A DNA stretch of 60,181 nt from assembly GCA_017539425.1 (NCBI GenBank), contig JAFYHA010000091.1:1-60181 (forward strand). The letters run 5' to 3'. The DNA comes from Clostridia bacterium (GTDB taxonomy: Bacteria; Bacillota; Clostridia; Oscillospirales; CAG-272). A program made the translations under genes and the position numbers. The notes under the pieces were generated by a model. It saw only the letters and a program-made list of their open reading frames with translations, was not told the DNA's origin and did no database searches. Every line of letters starts with the position of its first letter. Position 1 is the stretch's first letter. Of this stretch, positions 46,505-56,518 are shown one piece after another.

Positions 46505-49246
46505 TCAGCCGGCATAGTCCGCATACAGCCGGACGAACTCATCCGGACGGACATATACGATATTGAAACCGGTCTGTTCCAGTTCAGCCTTGTACTGCTC
46601 GATCACGGAGATGTCCTTCAGCATCGGATTACAGTAGAGGAAGACCTTGGCGAACACCGGATGGAGTCCGCCCCTGGCCTGATTGTAGATCTGATTCAGC
46701 CCATTGGCGAGACCGCCTTCAAACGTCGTCAGGTAGCAACGGACCCGAACGATCCCGTCCACCATATGGATGGATTTCTCATAGTTGTGTCCGCTTCCGC
46801 CGATCTTCAGGGAATTGTTGCCGTAGTTGGAGAAAACGCCTGCGATGTGCGGGCAGTTTTCCGCAATGACCGACGTGATCTCGTCCGAGACCTCCACAAG
46901 ACCTCTCACGACGGAAATGTCCGCCTTTTCCGCGACATAGTCCAACATTTCCAGCATATCCAGGAAAATGGTTTCGCGCTCTTCTTCCGGGAAGAAGGCC
47001 GCATAGCTGTCCGGAGAACCGATGTTGCTGATGCTGGCGCCGTCCAGGAAGAAGTAATCACCGGGCGTCGCATTGTCATAGAAATACTCGATCAGGGCAG
47101 GGGCAACGTAATACAGAGCCCCGCAAAGCGAGAATCCCTTGGGTGTCCGGGCCCGGGCAGCCTCGTCGCGGTACATGAGCGGCCACATATGATAGTCCCA
47201 GGACAGATTGTCGCCTTCCGAAATATCAAAGGTCACATACACGGTATTCGCCTTGGCCCGTTCGATCGGGGCGGCGGGCTGGGACTGCTTCAGTTCTCCG
47301 ACCTCGAGGCTGTTGAACAGGGACATGTTGGCGCAGGAGAACCCGTATGTCCAGAATTTGCCCAGCATGCCGGCGACCTGGAACATCTCGAATTCCGGGA
47401 AGCAACCGACGTTGGCGAATCCTACGAGCGGGGAGTTCACGGCGTTGGACGCCATCACGCCCATATAGAAATCATAGTCTTCCACGCATTGGACTCCAGT
47501 CGTGCAGAACGTGAAGGCCCGGCACATGACCGCATAGTCCCTGCAGGCTTCGGCCAGATGTCCGCTGCACTGGGAATTGGAAGGCGTATAGAACATGATC
47601 CGGTCATTGAACTGGTCCTTATAGGTGTTCCAGACCCACATATAGGCATCGATATCGCTCTTCCAGCGGTTGTCGATACGGAACAGGATATCCTTCTGGA
47701 CCTTGTCGCGCAACCGGTTGTACCGGTTTTCGGACATATACACGCCGTCCAGGATTCCGGACAGGGAAGTCGTCACGTTTTCACCGTAGTTGTTGGCAAA
47801 CGCATCCCCGAAGATGATCCCTTTGTACTCATCCTTGAACAGGACGAGCAGGTCGTCCACGGTGCTGGTCTGCAACGTGCGCCCCTTGGCCCTGAGCAAA
47901 TCAAGAAACGCTTCTTCCTCTTCAATATTTATGAAATTGGAATCCTGGTTGTAGCTCCTGTAATCCATGAAGATACGGGGCGTCGTGCGGTTGACGATAC
48001 CCTGGAGGGTGACAAGGGTCAGGATCTCGTCATGGCTGAGTCCCGCCGCCTTGACCACATAGATCGTCTGGGCCGGCGCGTGTTCGGATTTGGGATAGAC
48101 CAGTTCTTTGGTCATTCGGATACCGGGGTCATGGTAGATCCTCGGTTCAATGTCATCGATCTCTTCAATATGGATATTTGAAATATCCACGTCGATATTG
48201 CTCCCGACGGCTGCAAACCCGACTTTGGCCGGCAGTCCGAGCGGATCGTCCGCTCCTCCGCAGACCATTTCGCCAAGGAATATCCGGTTGACATAGTAGC
48301 GGGCCGTCCCGATCTCGGGGAAGACCTCTATGCGGAATGTGTACTTGTCCGGATTTCCTATGAACGTCGCACCTCCGCGTTCATAGGTGCCTCTGCCGAA
48401 TCGCACGAAGTTGCCCTGGATGCCGATGCAGATATGCTCCACGTTCGGAAAACTGATGAAGATCTGGACAATCGGATCGTTTGTGCTCTTCTTGGTCACA
48501 TCACATTCCACGACAAAACTGGAATCCTTGATGCTTCCTGTCCAGGAACGGGAACTGGTATTGGTATAATGTATACTGGTCGCTGAGGCACCCAGCCCGA
48601 ATTCCGTGTATGGGATCGGGTCCGACGTCAGTTCCTCGGCCAGGTTGACTACGCGTCCGGAATCCAGATACTGACCTTCCATATATCCTTTTTCCTCGGG
48701 TACGCGGATCTTTGTGCTCCCGAGCGGTTCGTTCACGTATTTGTCTTCGCTGTAGTTCAGTGCCGCAAGCATGAATCTCTTGACGGCGTATACCGTTCCG
48801 ATATCATCCTTGCTCAAGATCAGGATCTTGCTGCCGGTATTCGAGATCATATACTCGTCTTCGGCCAGACTCTGCCAGGCGTTCTCGCTCTCGGGAATGC
48901 TCTTGGCCCGTCCGACCACGATTTCCTTGATCCCGCCGTCCGTGTCCGGGTTGTATTTGAAATCCGTCTTGATCGTCATCTTGATTCCGGTGCCCGTTTC
49001 CAGGGCCTTCATCAGTTTGACGGTTATGTCCGTCACTGTCGACGAGGCCAGGTCGGAACGGTTGATCCGGTATTCCGATACGTCTGTCATCTGGGATTCA
49101 TCCTCCGTTTCCGTTTCCGGGATGCCGGGCTCCGTTTCCGTACTTTGTGGCTCGGACTCCCGGGTTGGTTCGGACGTGTTGCCGCATCCGGCCAGAATGG
49201 CGCAAAGCAACAGCAATGCCGCAACCACGATCAGTTTCAATTTCAT
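46505..49246 (-). CDS. Large secreted lipoprotein, putative glycan-active enzyme (GxGYxYP-family-like C-terminal region, LamG-like insert)
   Basis: Lipobox LLCAILAGC after MKLKLIVVAA. ATG at 49246 after GGAGGAA. LTLVTLQGIVNR and PLVGF...EFEMFQVAGMLG resemble the GxGYxYP family, but this assignment is tentative. Confidence 0.5.
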   Translation of the reverse strand: MKLKLIVVAALLLLCAILAGCGNTSEPTRESEPQSTETEPGIPETETEDESQMTDVSEYRINRSDLASSTVTDITVKLMKALETGTGIKMTIKTDFKYNPDTDGGIKEIVVGRAKSIPESENAWQSLAEDEYMISNTGSKILILSKDDIGTVYAVKRFMLAALNYSEDKYVNEPLGSTKIRVPEEKGYMEGQYLDSGRVVNLAEELTSDPIPYTEFGLGASATSIHYTNTSSRSWTGSIKDSSFVVECDVTKKSTNDPIVQIFISFPNVEHICIGIQGNFVRFGRGTYERGGATFIGNPDKYTFRIEVFPEIGTARYYVNRIFLGEMVCGGADDPLGLPAKVGFAAVGSNIDVDISNIHIEEIDDIEPRIYHDPGIRMTKELVYPKSEHAPAQTIYVVKAAGLSHDEILTLVTLQGIVNRTTPRIFMDYRSYNQDSNFINIEEEEAFLDLLRAKGRTLQTSTVDDLLVLFKDEYKGIIFGDAFANNYGENVTTSLSGILDGVYMSENRYNRLRDKVQKDILFRIDNRWKSDIDAYMWVWNTYKDQFNDRIMFYTPSNSQCSGHLAEACRDYAVMCRAFTFCTTGVQCVEDYDFYMGVMASNAVNSPLVGFANVGCFPEFEMFQVAGMLGKFWTYGFSCANMSLFNSLEVGELKQSQPAAPIERAKANTVYVTFDISEGDNLSWDYHMWPLMYRDEAARARTPKGFSLCGALYYVAPALIEYFYDNATPGDYFFLDGASISNIGSPDSYAAFFPEEERETIFLDMLEMLDYVAEKADISVVRGLVEVSDEITSVIAENCPHIAGVFSNYGNNSLKIGGSGHNYEKSIHMVDGIVRVRCYLTTFEGGLANGLNQIYNQARGGLHPVFAKVFLYCNPMLKDISVIEQYKAELEQTGFNIVYVRPDEFVRLYADYAG

Positions 49247-49328
49247 AGTTCCTCCGATCCGGGACACGCCATGCGCATCCCGAGTTGTGGATTGGGATCG
49301 GCCCGGAATGGCCGACTATCGTACTTTT

Positions 49329-49357
49329 ATTATAGTTTCTTTGTTGAGTCCGGTCAA
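49329..49357 (-). promoter_or_regulatory. Promoter of the lipoprotein gene
   Basis: Minus strand: TTGACC, 17-nt spacer, TATAAT. The 5' UTR is about 75 nt. Confidence 0.7.
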
Positions 49358-49430
49358 CCCCCGGCACGGAATCTTCACATACCGGTTACCGATTTTCGCT
49401 ACCGGAGCCTTCCTCCCGGAATCCCCGGAG

Positions 49431-49459
49431 TTGAAAACGCCTGGAACCTATGCTATAAT
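49431..49459 (+). promoter_or_regulatory. Promoter of the 49507 gene
   Basis: TTGAAA, 17-nt spacer, TATAAT. Confidence 0.7.
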
Positions 49460-49506
49460 TAGAATGAAATAATGTGCATGCAGGCTCTTCCGGAAAGGGG
49501 TTACCT

Positions 49507-50406
49507 ATGTTCGATTGTTCCGCTTATCTGACTCATATTATGGGAGAGCTGGTTTTTCCGGCTGACGCAATGGAGTGTCTTTCGAACAGTCTGGACCGGG
49601 TCCTGAACCATGCTACCGCCCGGGAGATCCTCTTCCGGGATCTGGACCGCTACGAGCAGGATATTCATCTGTCCTACCGGGACGTATTGGTGGATATGGA
49701 ACACGTCGCCGAAATGACCGGCGTACACAGATGGAAGACCGAACTGATCCTTTTCCTTCTGTATTCGAAGCATCTGAGGGAAGTCTACCTGTCCCGGAAC
49801 GTAGATCTGTCCATTTTTCACAACAGTATGCTGGATCTCAAGTGGAAACTGCTGGAATGCTATGCGGTGAAGCGGATGTGGGGCTGTTTCTGCGCTCTTT
49901 GGTTTCCGGGCTTCTTCTCCTTCGACCGTTTCGCGCTCGGCCGGCTGCAGTTTGAACTCATACCGTTTACGTATGCGGAATTCAGGCAGGGCGGAAAGGT
50001 CCTGAAAAAGGGGGATCCCGTCATCAACGTGCACATTCCGCGCACCCTGACGCCTCTGGACGGTGCCTCCTGCGATACAGCTTTTGCCATGGCCCGATCC
50101 TTCTTTTCCGACCGGTTGGGAGACACTCCGGCCGCATTCTACTGCTACAGCTGGCTGCTCTATCCGGCATATGATACCTTTCTGCCTGAGACATCCAACA
50201 TCCGGGCGTTCCGGTCCCGATTCAGCATACTCGGGCAGCAGGACGACGGGGAAGACGAGCATCCGGATCTGTGGCGCCTGTTCGATGCCGATTACACCGG
50301 GGATCCGTACGATCTGCCCGGAGATACGTCCCTGCGCCGTTCGTTCCGGGAGTATCTGATCCAGGACGGAAAGACCGGGAACGGTTACGGTGTTTTCTTG
50401 GCCTGA
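49507..50406 (+). CDS. DUF5596 / GNAT-like C-terminal domain acyltransferase-family protein (tentative)
   Basis: 299 aa, cytoplasmic. Blocks GRLQFELIPF and FYCYSWLLYP...SNIRAFRSRF recall the NAT_N/GNAT_C family. This is recalled from memory only. Confidence 0.45.
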   Translation: MFDCSAYLTHIMGELVFPADAMECLSNSLDRVLNHATAREILFRDLDRYEQDIHLSYRDVLVDMEHVAEMTGVHRWKTELILFLLYSKHLREVYLSRNVDLSIFHNSMLDLKWKLLECYAVKRMWGCFCALWFPGFFSFDRFALGRLQFELIPFTYAEFRQGGKVLKKGDPVINVHIPRTLTPLDGASCDTAFAMARSFFSDRLGDTPAAFYCYSWLLYPAYDTFLPETSNIRAFRSRFSILGQQDDGEDEHPDLWRLFDADYTGDPYDLPGDTSLRRSFREYLIQDGKTGNGYGVFLA

Positions 50407-50434
50407 CGACTTGCTTTTGGAGGATTTAACCGAT

Positions 50435-52666
50435 ATGTTCAAGACCTCAAACTCCGGACATGTTCAAAAAAAACCGGTCCTCTGGACCTGCCTGCTCCTG
50501 ACGGCGGTCCTTCTGCTTCCGCTGTTTGTCTCATGCGGACAGACTGTTCCGGATCCGGATCGGGAAACGGGTCAGGTTCCTTCAGGAGAAACCGGTTCTT
50601 CCGGTCATCTGGGCGGAGACGAAACCGAGACCGAAGAGATCTACGTACCTCCGGTTCCCGACGATCCTGACGGACCGGTCACCATACCGGATGACGGCAA
50701 TATTTACGTCATTTATACCGTGAACAACAAAATGGGCGGGACCTTGTCCGGAACGGTCCGCCAGCAGATCACGTCCACCCGCCCCGTGACCACGGTGGTG
50801 ACCGCGAAGCCGAATCTGGGCTACAAGTTTGTGGGCTGGAGCGACGGAAAAACCGAAGCCAAACGTTCCGGGGACACAGCCGATGAGACCGTCGTGCTGA
50901 CCGCCCTGTTCGATTACGATACGCTGGAGCTTCCCGTGCTGGATATCCGGACCGAGACCGGGCGGGATGTAGAAAGCAAAACCGAGTACATTGCGGGAAC
51001 GATGTCCCTGTTCAACGCGGAATCCAGGTATGCCTTCTCGGACAGCACCATCCGGATCCGCGGGCGGGGGAACAACACCTGGACCTATGAGAAAAAGTCC
51101 TACAAATTCAAATTCGACCAGAAGATCAATCTGCTGGGCCTGGGCAACCAGAAATACAAAACCTGGGTCCTTCTGGCCAATATGTGCGACCAGTCCCTGC
51201 TCCGGAACCATACGGCCCTGTATCTGGGACGTTCCATGTCCCATCTGGACTGGATGCCCAACAGTACATCCGTGGAAGTCTACCTGAACGGGGAATACCG
51301 GGGCGTCTATCTGCTGGCCGAAGAGATCGAGGTCAAGGACGGCCGCGTACCGGTCTCCGACAATCCGGAAGCCGGAATGGATATCGGATTCCTGTTTGAA
51401 ATGTCGGTCTATACGGATCATGCCTCTCCGGGCTTTTTCCAGACCGGATCCCGGGCATACGGGATCAAGAGCGACCTGTCCTCGGATCCGAATCTGGCCC
51501 AGCAGCAGAAAGCATTCCTCAAGGACTACATCAACCAGTGCTGGGGTTCCATCCGATCAGGCTCCAGGGAAAGGGTGGACGCCCTGATCGACATTCCGTC
51601 CGCCGTGGATGCATACATTGCCGAAGAGATCCTCAAGAATCTGGATATGGGCTGGGACAGCTTTTATTTCCATAAGGATGCCGGAGGCAAGCTGGTCTTC
51701 GGACCCATCTGGGACTTTGACCTGACCCTGGGCAACGGAAACGAGACCTGCGAATACTACACGGATCTCTACTGTGCGATTTACCGGACCGCCTTTGACG
51801 GCAACACAATGCTGAGCAACAACTGGTTCTACGCGCTGATGACCTGCGACTGGTTCCGCGAAGAGGTAGCCGACCGGTATGCCGAACTTCGTGAAAGCGT
51901 TTTCGATCATCTGGATGATTTTGTCACGTCCAATGCGAAGGCCGGATTCAAGGCCTACAGCCGCAATTTCAAGAAGTGGCCCGTGTTCGGGAAGTCCATG
52001 AACCGGGAGACCGAACTGATCACCTCCTTAAAGAACTATACCGAGCACTATGAATATCTGGCGGAATGGGTACAGAACCGGGTCGACTGGCTTGCGGACT
52101 GCTACCCGACGGCTAACTTCCTGAGCGGCACGTTCATCAACTATGCCTCCCTGATCGCAGGGTGGGACGCCGAACCGGCCCGAGTGATCCTGCCTGACGG
52201 CCTGTCTCAGGCCCTGAAGGGCAAGACCGACCTGACCCCGGATATCTATGACTACCAGAGCACCCTGGCCGGCTTTGACGGAGAAGGGATCGACAACGCC
52301 TATGATGGAAACGCCGCCACCAAATACTGCGTCAATGTGGGGACCGATCTCGCCTTGCGGGTCTTTTTCGATCACGCGGTCACGATGGAATACATTGTCC
52401 TGACTACGGGCAACGATACCGGCAAGTTCCCGGAACGGAACCCCACCGGTGTCTGGGAGATCTTCGGGACCAATGACGATTCGGTCGGGCAGCGGGAGTG
52501 GATCCGCCTGACCTCCTTCGGAGGAGGCGGGACCTACGTGGCCCAGTCCGGTGTCCGCTACGCCATCGAGACCGGGTTGACCAAATCGTATAAGTACTAT
52601 AAGATCCAGTTGCATCATGAAGGGGTCCTTCAGTTCGCGGAACTCGAGTTCTACGGCAAGGATTGA
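50435..52666 (+). CDS. CotH-family (atypical kinase fold) lipoprotein with List-Bact repeat and C-terminal F5/8 type C (discoidin) domain
   Basis: Lipobox LFVSCGQ. GYKFVGWSDG repeat. CotH core IRIRGRGNNTWTYEKKSYKFKF...WVLLANMCDQSLLRN...VEVYLNGEYRGVYLLAEEI. Discoidin-like AYDGNAATKY...FAELEFYG. Confidence 0.8.
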   Translation: MFKTSNSGHVQKKPVLWTCLLLTAVLLLPLFVSCGQTVPDPDRETGQVPSGETGSSGHLGGDETETEEIYVPPVPDDPDGPVTIPDDGNIYVIYTVNNKMGGTLSGTVRQQITSTRPVTTVVTAKPNLGYKFVGWSDGKTEAKRSGDTADETVVLTALFDYDTLELPVLDIRTETGRDVESKTEYIAGTMSLFNAESRYAFSDSTIRIRGRGNNTWTYEKKSYKFKFDQKINLLGLGNQKYKTWVLLANMCDQSLLRNHTALYLGRSMSHLDWMPNSTSVEVYLNGEYRGVYLLAEEIEVKDGRVPVSDNPEAGMDIGFLFEMSVYTDHASPGFFQTGSRAYGIKSDLSSDPNLAQQQKAFLKDYINQCWGSIRSGSRERVDALIDIPSAVDAYIAEEILKNLDMGWDSFYFHKDAGGKLVFGPIWDFDLTLGNGNETCEYYTDLYCAIYRTAFDGNTMLSNNWFYALMTCDWFREEVADRYAELRESVFDHLDDFVTSNAKAGFKAYSRNFKKWPVFGKSMNRETELITSLKNYTEHYEYLAEWVQNRVDWLADCYPTANFLSGTFINYASLIAGWDAEPARVILPDGLSQALKGKTDLTPDIYDYQSTLAGFDGEGIDNAYDGNAATKYCVNVGTDLALRVFFDHAVTMEYIVLTTGNDTGKFPERNPTGVWEIFGTNDDSVGQREWIRLTSFGGGGTYVAQSGVRYAIETGLTKSYKYYKIQLHHEGVLQFAELEFYGKD

Positions 52667-52682
52667 AAACACGGATGCCTCC

Positions 52683-52730
52683 AAAAAAACCGGGCGGTAG
52701 TCTTCCGACTGCCGTCCGGGTCTTTTTTTC
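52683..52730. terminator. Bidirectional terminator
   Basis: AAAAAAA CCGGGCGGTAGTC ttcc GACTGCCGTCCGG GTCTTTTTTT. Confidence 0.85.
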
Positions 52731-52747
52731 TTTTCTTTCGCTGGTGT

Positions 52748-54247
52748 TCAGAAACATGAACGGATGTCCAGAAAAGGGTACTGGGACAGGAAATCCCGAA
52801 GGAAAGATTTCATCCTCTGCACCCCTCCGGATTGCTCACTTTCCATATTGATCGGGAGGACCGGATCGTGAAGGCTCATCCGCATCAGGATCCAGCCGTT
52901 TCCATGATCCGTATCCAGATTGATCCGGACACCCTCATAGTTGTCCGGAGCCACCCGGACATAGGGAAGTGACCTTGCATATGACAAGAACTCATTCAGG
53001 ACCATCTGCCCCTGTTCACGGAAATGCTCATGATCCGTAAAGACAGGCCGGATCTCATCAGCTTCCGCGGGTTCAGGGAGATCCGCGATCAGGTCCAGAA
53101 TGCTCTTTCCCTCAGTCCTGGTCCTGCCTAAAAGGATCAGAAGCCGGGTGATCAGGTAGGCCCCGTCGTCCAGAAAATAGTTGTCCTTGAACGCGGCATG
53201 GCCGCTGGTCTCAATGGCCAGGGGCGTATACTCTCCGGCAGCATTCAAGCGGATCGCCTCATTGATCACGTTCTTATAACCCCGTTTGAACCGGTGATGC
53301 CGTCCTCCTCGGGTCTGGATGAACCGGCTCAGTCCGTCCGAGGTCACCGAATCGGTCACGATCGTTCCGGGCCGCTCGGACAGCAGCATGGCGGAGACCA
53401 GCGCGATCAGCCGGTTCCGGTTGATCCGGATCCCGCCCTTGCCCACACAGCCGGCGCGGTCCACGTCCGTATCGAAAATGATTCCGAAATCCGCATCGGA
53501 ATCCGTTACGGCCTTGCAGACGGCCCGCATGGCGTCCCCGTTTTCCGGGTTCGGGATGTGATTCGGGAACCGTCCGTCCGGTTCCAGATAGCAGGAGCCG
53601 GTCGTGTCTCCGCCCAGCGGCCTGATGACCCGGTCCGCGTAAAAGCCTCCGGCACCGTTGCCGGCATCGACCACGATACGCAGCCCTTCCAGGGGCCTTT
53701 CCTCACCGGTCTCCTTATGAACCATATCCACAAGCCTTGAGGCATATACCGGCATATAGGAAACCGTTGTCTCCGTTCCTGTGGGATACCCGGATTCAGC
53801 CAGTTCTGCCTTTTCCGCCATGCGGATGACTGCATCCAGGTCCGAACTCTCCAGCCCTCCGTCCGGCGTAAAGAATTTCAGTCCGTTACGGTTGAAGGGA
53901 AGATGGCTGGCCGTGATCATGATTGATCCGTCCGCAAAGGGGATCTCTTCCTTGAGCAGCATGAACATGGACGGTGTGGAGGAGAGTCCGGTACGGACAA
54001 TATGGGCCCCGGCAAGACGAATCCCTCGGGACACACCATCGGCAAGACTGTCCGCGGTCAGCCTGGAATCATGGCCCACCGCAATCCGGACTGCGGAAAG
54101 GGAATAGCGGTCTTTCAAAAACAGGGCAAACGCATAGCCCAGACGGGAAGCGATATCGGGAGTCAGGCTGACCGGCTCATCCTGGACGCCTTCCATTGCC
54201 ACGCCCCGGATATCATTCCCGTTTTTGAGTGAAGAAATCAAAGACAT
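52748..54247 (-). CDS. Phosphomannomutase/phosphoglucomutase (alpha-D-phosphohexomutase)
   Basis: NDIRGVA, active-site TASHLP, metal loop FDTDVDR, sugar loop. 499 aa. Confidence 0.85.
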   Translation of the reverse strand: MSLISSLKNGNDIRGVAMEGVQDEPVSLTPDIASRLGYAFALFLKDRYSLSAVRIAVGHDSRLTADSLADGVSRGIRLAGAHIVRTGLSSTPSMFMLLKEEIPFADGSIMITASHLPFNRNGLKFFTPDGGLESSDLDAVIRMAEKAELAESGYPTGTETTVSYMPVYASRLVDMVHKETGEERPLEGLRIVVDAGNGAGGFYADRVIRPLGGDTTGSCYLEPDGRFPNHIPNPENGDAMRAVCKAVTDSDADFGIIFDTDVDRAGCVGKGGIRINRNRLIALVSAMLLSERPGTIVTDSVTSDGLSRFIQTRGGRHHRFKRGYKNVINEAIRLNAAGEYTPLAIETSGHAAFKDNYFLDDGAYLITRLLILLGRTRTEGKSILDLIADLPEPAEADEIRPVFTDHEHFREQGQMVLNEFLSYARSLPYVRVAPDNYEGVRINLDTDHGNGWILMRMSLHDPVLPINMESEQSGGVQRMKSFLRDFLSQYPFLDIRSCF

Positions 54248-54280
54248 ATATTGAGTACCTCATAGGAATTATCGTTTTCC

Positions 54281-54309
54281 ATTGTAGACCCTCGCGCAAA
54301 AAAAAGCAA
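54281..54309 (-). promoter_or_regulatory. Candidate promoter of the phosphohexomutase gene
   Basis: Minus strand: TTGCTT, 17-nt spacer, TACAAT. Confidence 0.5.
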
Positions 54310-54362
54310 GTGCCGGAAGGCGAAACCCGGGCCGGAACCGCACGTCTTTTCCGCTTTTTCCC

Positions 54363-54391
54363 TTGACAAACGCTCCAGCCGGTGCTACAAT
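54363..54391 (+). promoter_or_regulatory. Promoter of the zur-znuABC-like operon
   Basis: TTGACA, 17-nt spacer, TACAAT. Confidence 0.75.
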
Positions 54392-54414
54392 AATTTGCGA
54401 TTCAGTCGCAAATT
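54392..54414 (+). promoter_or_regulatory. Candidate Fur-family (Zur) operator palindrome
   Basis: AATTTGCGA ttcag TCGCAAATT, perfect 9-bp arms. It starts directly after the -10 and ends at the RBS. Confidence 0.5.
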
Positions 54415-54423
54415 GGAGATATC

Positions 54424-54816
54424 ATGAAGAACTATCACACCCAGCAGAGAACTCTGCTTCTGGACTATCTGCATACCCATATCGATGAAAACCTTTCCAC
54501 CTCTGACATTCTGGAGGCCATGTCCGGCTCCGGTATCAGCAAGAGCGCGGTGTACCGCAATCTGGCTTCCCTTGAAGCCGAAGGCAGATTGCACAGGATC
54601 TCCCGTCCCGGTGACCGCAGGACGTACTATCAGTTTGTGGACGAGGACGAATGCCGGGGACAGATCCACATTTCCTGTATCCGCTGCGGAAAAACCGTCC
54701 ATGCCTCTCCGAACGTTTGCGAACGTCTCCAGAAGACCTTGGAAAACGAAGACAGCTTTGAGATCGACCGTTCGGAAACGGTCATTTATGGTATCTGTAA
54801 GGAGTGCCGCAAATGA
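54424..54816 (+). CDS. zur: Fur-family metalloregulator (Zur-like by context)
   Basis: Winged helix (SKSAVYRNLASLEAEGRL) plus two CxxC pairs (CIRCGK, CKEC). Its stop overlaps the start of the metal-binding lipoprotein gene (ATGA). Confidence 0.7.
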   Translation: MKNYHTQQRTLLLDYLHTHIDENLSTSDILEAMSGSGISKSAVYRNLASLEAEGRLHRISRPGDRRTYYQFVDEDECRGQIHISCIRCGKTVHASPNVCERLQKTLENEDSFEIDRSETVIYGICKECRK

Positions 54817-55799
54817 GCCGCGCCCTCCGTGCACACACTGCCGCACTCCTGTGCGCGCTGTTTCTTCTGACCGCCCTGCCGGCCGTCCTTTCCGGATGTC
54901 AAAGTTCCGCAGCCCCTGCCGGCCGGATCTCGGTCGTGACGACGATTTATCCCGAATACGACTGGATGCGCAGCATCCTTGGCGACGCAGCCGATTCGGT
55001 TGACCTGTTCCTGATGGCGGACAACGGAACCGATCTGCACAGTTTTCAGCCTTCAGTGGCCGACGTGGCCCGAATCTCTTCCTGCGACCTGTTCGTCTAC
55101 GTCGGAGGAGAATCCGACAAGTGGGTTGCCGAAGCCTTGAAGGATCCCCGAAATCCGGACCGGATCGTCGTGCGTCTTTTGGACGTGCTGGGCGACCGGG
55201 CCCGCATCGAGGAAACGGTCGAAGGCATGCAGTCGGATGACGAAATACCGGAAGCGGATTTGGAATATGACGAACACGTCTGGCTGTCCTTGAAAAACGC
55301 GGAACTCTTCGTTTCGGAACTGTCCTCGGCCCTGGGCCGGGTCGATCCGGAACGGAAGGGCCTCTATGAAGCCAACGCGCGGTCCTATGCGGACAGCCTG
55401 AAGGATCTGGACGAGCGTTATGCCGAGACCGTCCGTACCGCCAAACGGCGGACCGTCCTGTTTGGAGACCGGTTTCCGTTCCGGTATCTTACCGAGGATT
55501 ACGGACTCAGCTATTATGCGGCCTTTTCCGGCTGTTCCGCGGATTCCGACGCCAGTTTCAAGACCGTGGTCTTCCTGGCCGGCAAGATCGACGAACTCGG
55601 TCTTCCCGCCATCCTGATCTTGGAGAACTCGGACGGGCGGATCGCCCGCACGGTGCGGGACAATACGAAATCGCAGGACCCGGTCATCCTGGTCCTGGAC
55701 TCTTTACAGTCCGCCGTTCTCCGGAACGGACAGGCGGACCGGACCTACCTGGACGCCATGCGTTCCAATCTGGACGTGCTGGCGCAGGCGCTGAACTGA
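54813..55799 (+). CDS. znuA: Metal (Zn/Mn) ABC transporter substrate-binding lipoprotein, ZnuA/TroA family
   Basis: Lipobox LSGCQS, DLHSFQPS, acidic loop, EYDEHVWLS. Confidence 0.7.
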   Translation: MSRALRAHTAALLCALFLLTALPAVLSGCQSSAAPAGRISVVTTIYPEYDWMRSILGDAADSVDLFLMADNGTDLHSFQPSVADVARISSCDLFVYVGGESDKWVAEALKDPRNPDRIVVRLLDVLGDRARIEETVEGMQSDDEIPEADLEYDEHVWLSLKNAELFVSELSSALGRVDPERKGLYEANARSYADSLKDLDERYAETVRTAKRRTVLFGDRFPFRYLTEDYGLSYYAAFSGCSADSDASFKTVVFLAGKIDELGLPAILILENSDGRIARTVRDNTKSQDPVILVLDSLQSAVLRNGQADRTYLDAMRSNLDVLAQALN

Positions 55800-55807
55800 G
55801 GTGACAT

Positions 55808-56518
55808 ATGGCGCAGCTCACATGCAGAGACCTCTGCATCGGTTATGAAAATACACCCGTCGTGACCGGACTGACCTTCGACGTGGAAGCCGGAGACTAT
55901 CTGGCCATCGTCGGAGAAAACGGCGCAGGCAAGACCACGCTGATGAAGACCATTCTCGGACTGGTCCGGCCCGTTTCCGGGGAAATCCGTTTCTCGGACG
56001 GCCTCAAAAAAACAGAGATCGGGTATCTGCCTCAGCAGACCATGGTCCAGAAGGACTTTCCGGCTTCGGTCCTGGAAGTTGTTCTGTCCGGATTTCTTGC
56101 CTCGAAAGGAGCCCGACCTTTCTATAATCGGGCCGAAAGGGAACTGGCCAGAGTCAATCTCGAACGCATGGGGCTGGACGGTTTCGAAAAGAAATCCTAT
56201 CGGGATCTGTCGGGCGGCCAGCAACAGCGGGTGCTTCTGGCGCGCGCTCTGTGCGCGACGCGCAAACTCATTTTGCTGGACGAACCGGCCTCCGGACTGG
56301 ATCCGAAGGTTACGGTCGAATTGTACGAACTCATCCGGGACCTGAACCGCGACGGCATTACGGTCCTCATGATCTCGCACGACATAGAGGCCGCGCTGAC
56401 CTATGCGAACAAGATCCTGCACATCGGCCGCGAGATCTTTTTCGGGACGACGCAGGATTACCGGAAAAGCGACACGGGGAAGCGATTCGCAGGGATCGGG
56501 GAGGTAGATCATGGCTGA
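55808..56518 (+). CDS. znuC: Metal ABC transporter ATP-binding protein
   Basis: Walker A GENGAGKTT, signature LSGGQQQR, Walker B LILLDEP. Confidence 0.8.
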   Translation: MAQLTCRDLCIGYENTPVVTGLTFDVEAGDYLAIVGENGAGKTTLMKTILGLVRPVSGEIRFSDGLKKTEIGYLPQQTMVQKDFPASVLEVVLSGFLASKGARPFYNRAERELARVNLERMGLDGFEKKSYRDLSGGQQQRVLLARALCATRKLILLDEPASGLDPKVTVELYELIRDLNRDGITVLMISHDIEAALTYANKILHIGREIFFGTTQDYRKSDTGKRFAGIGEVDHG

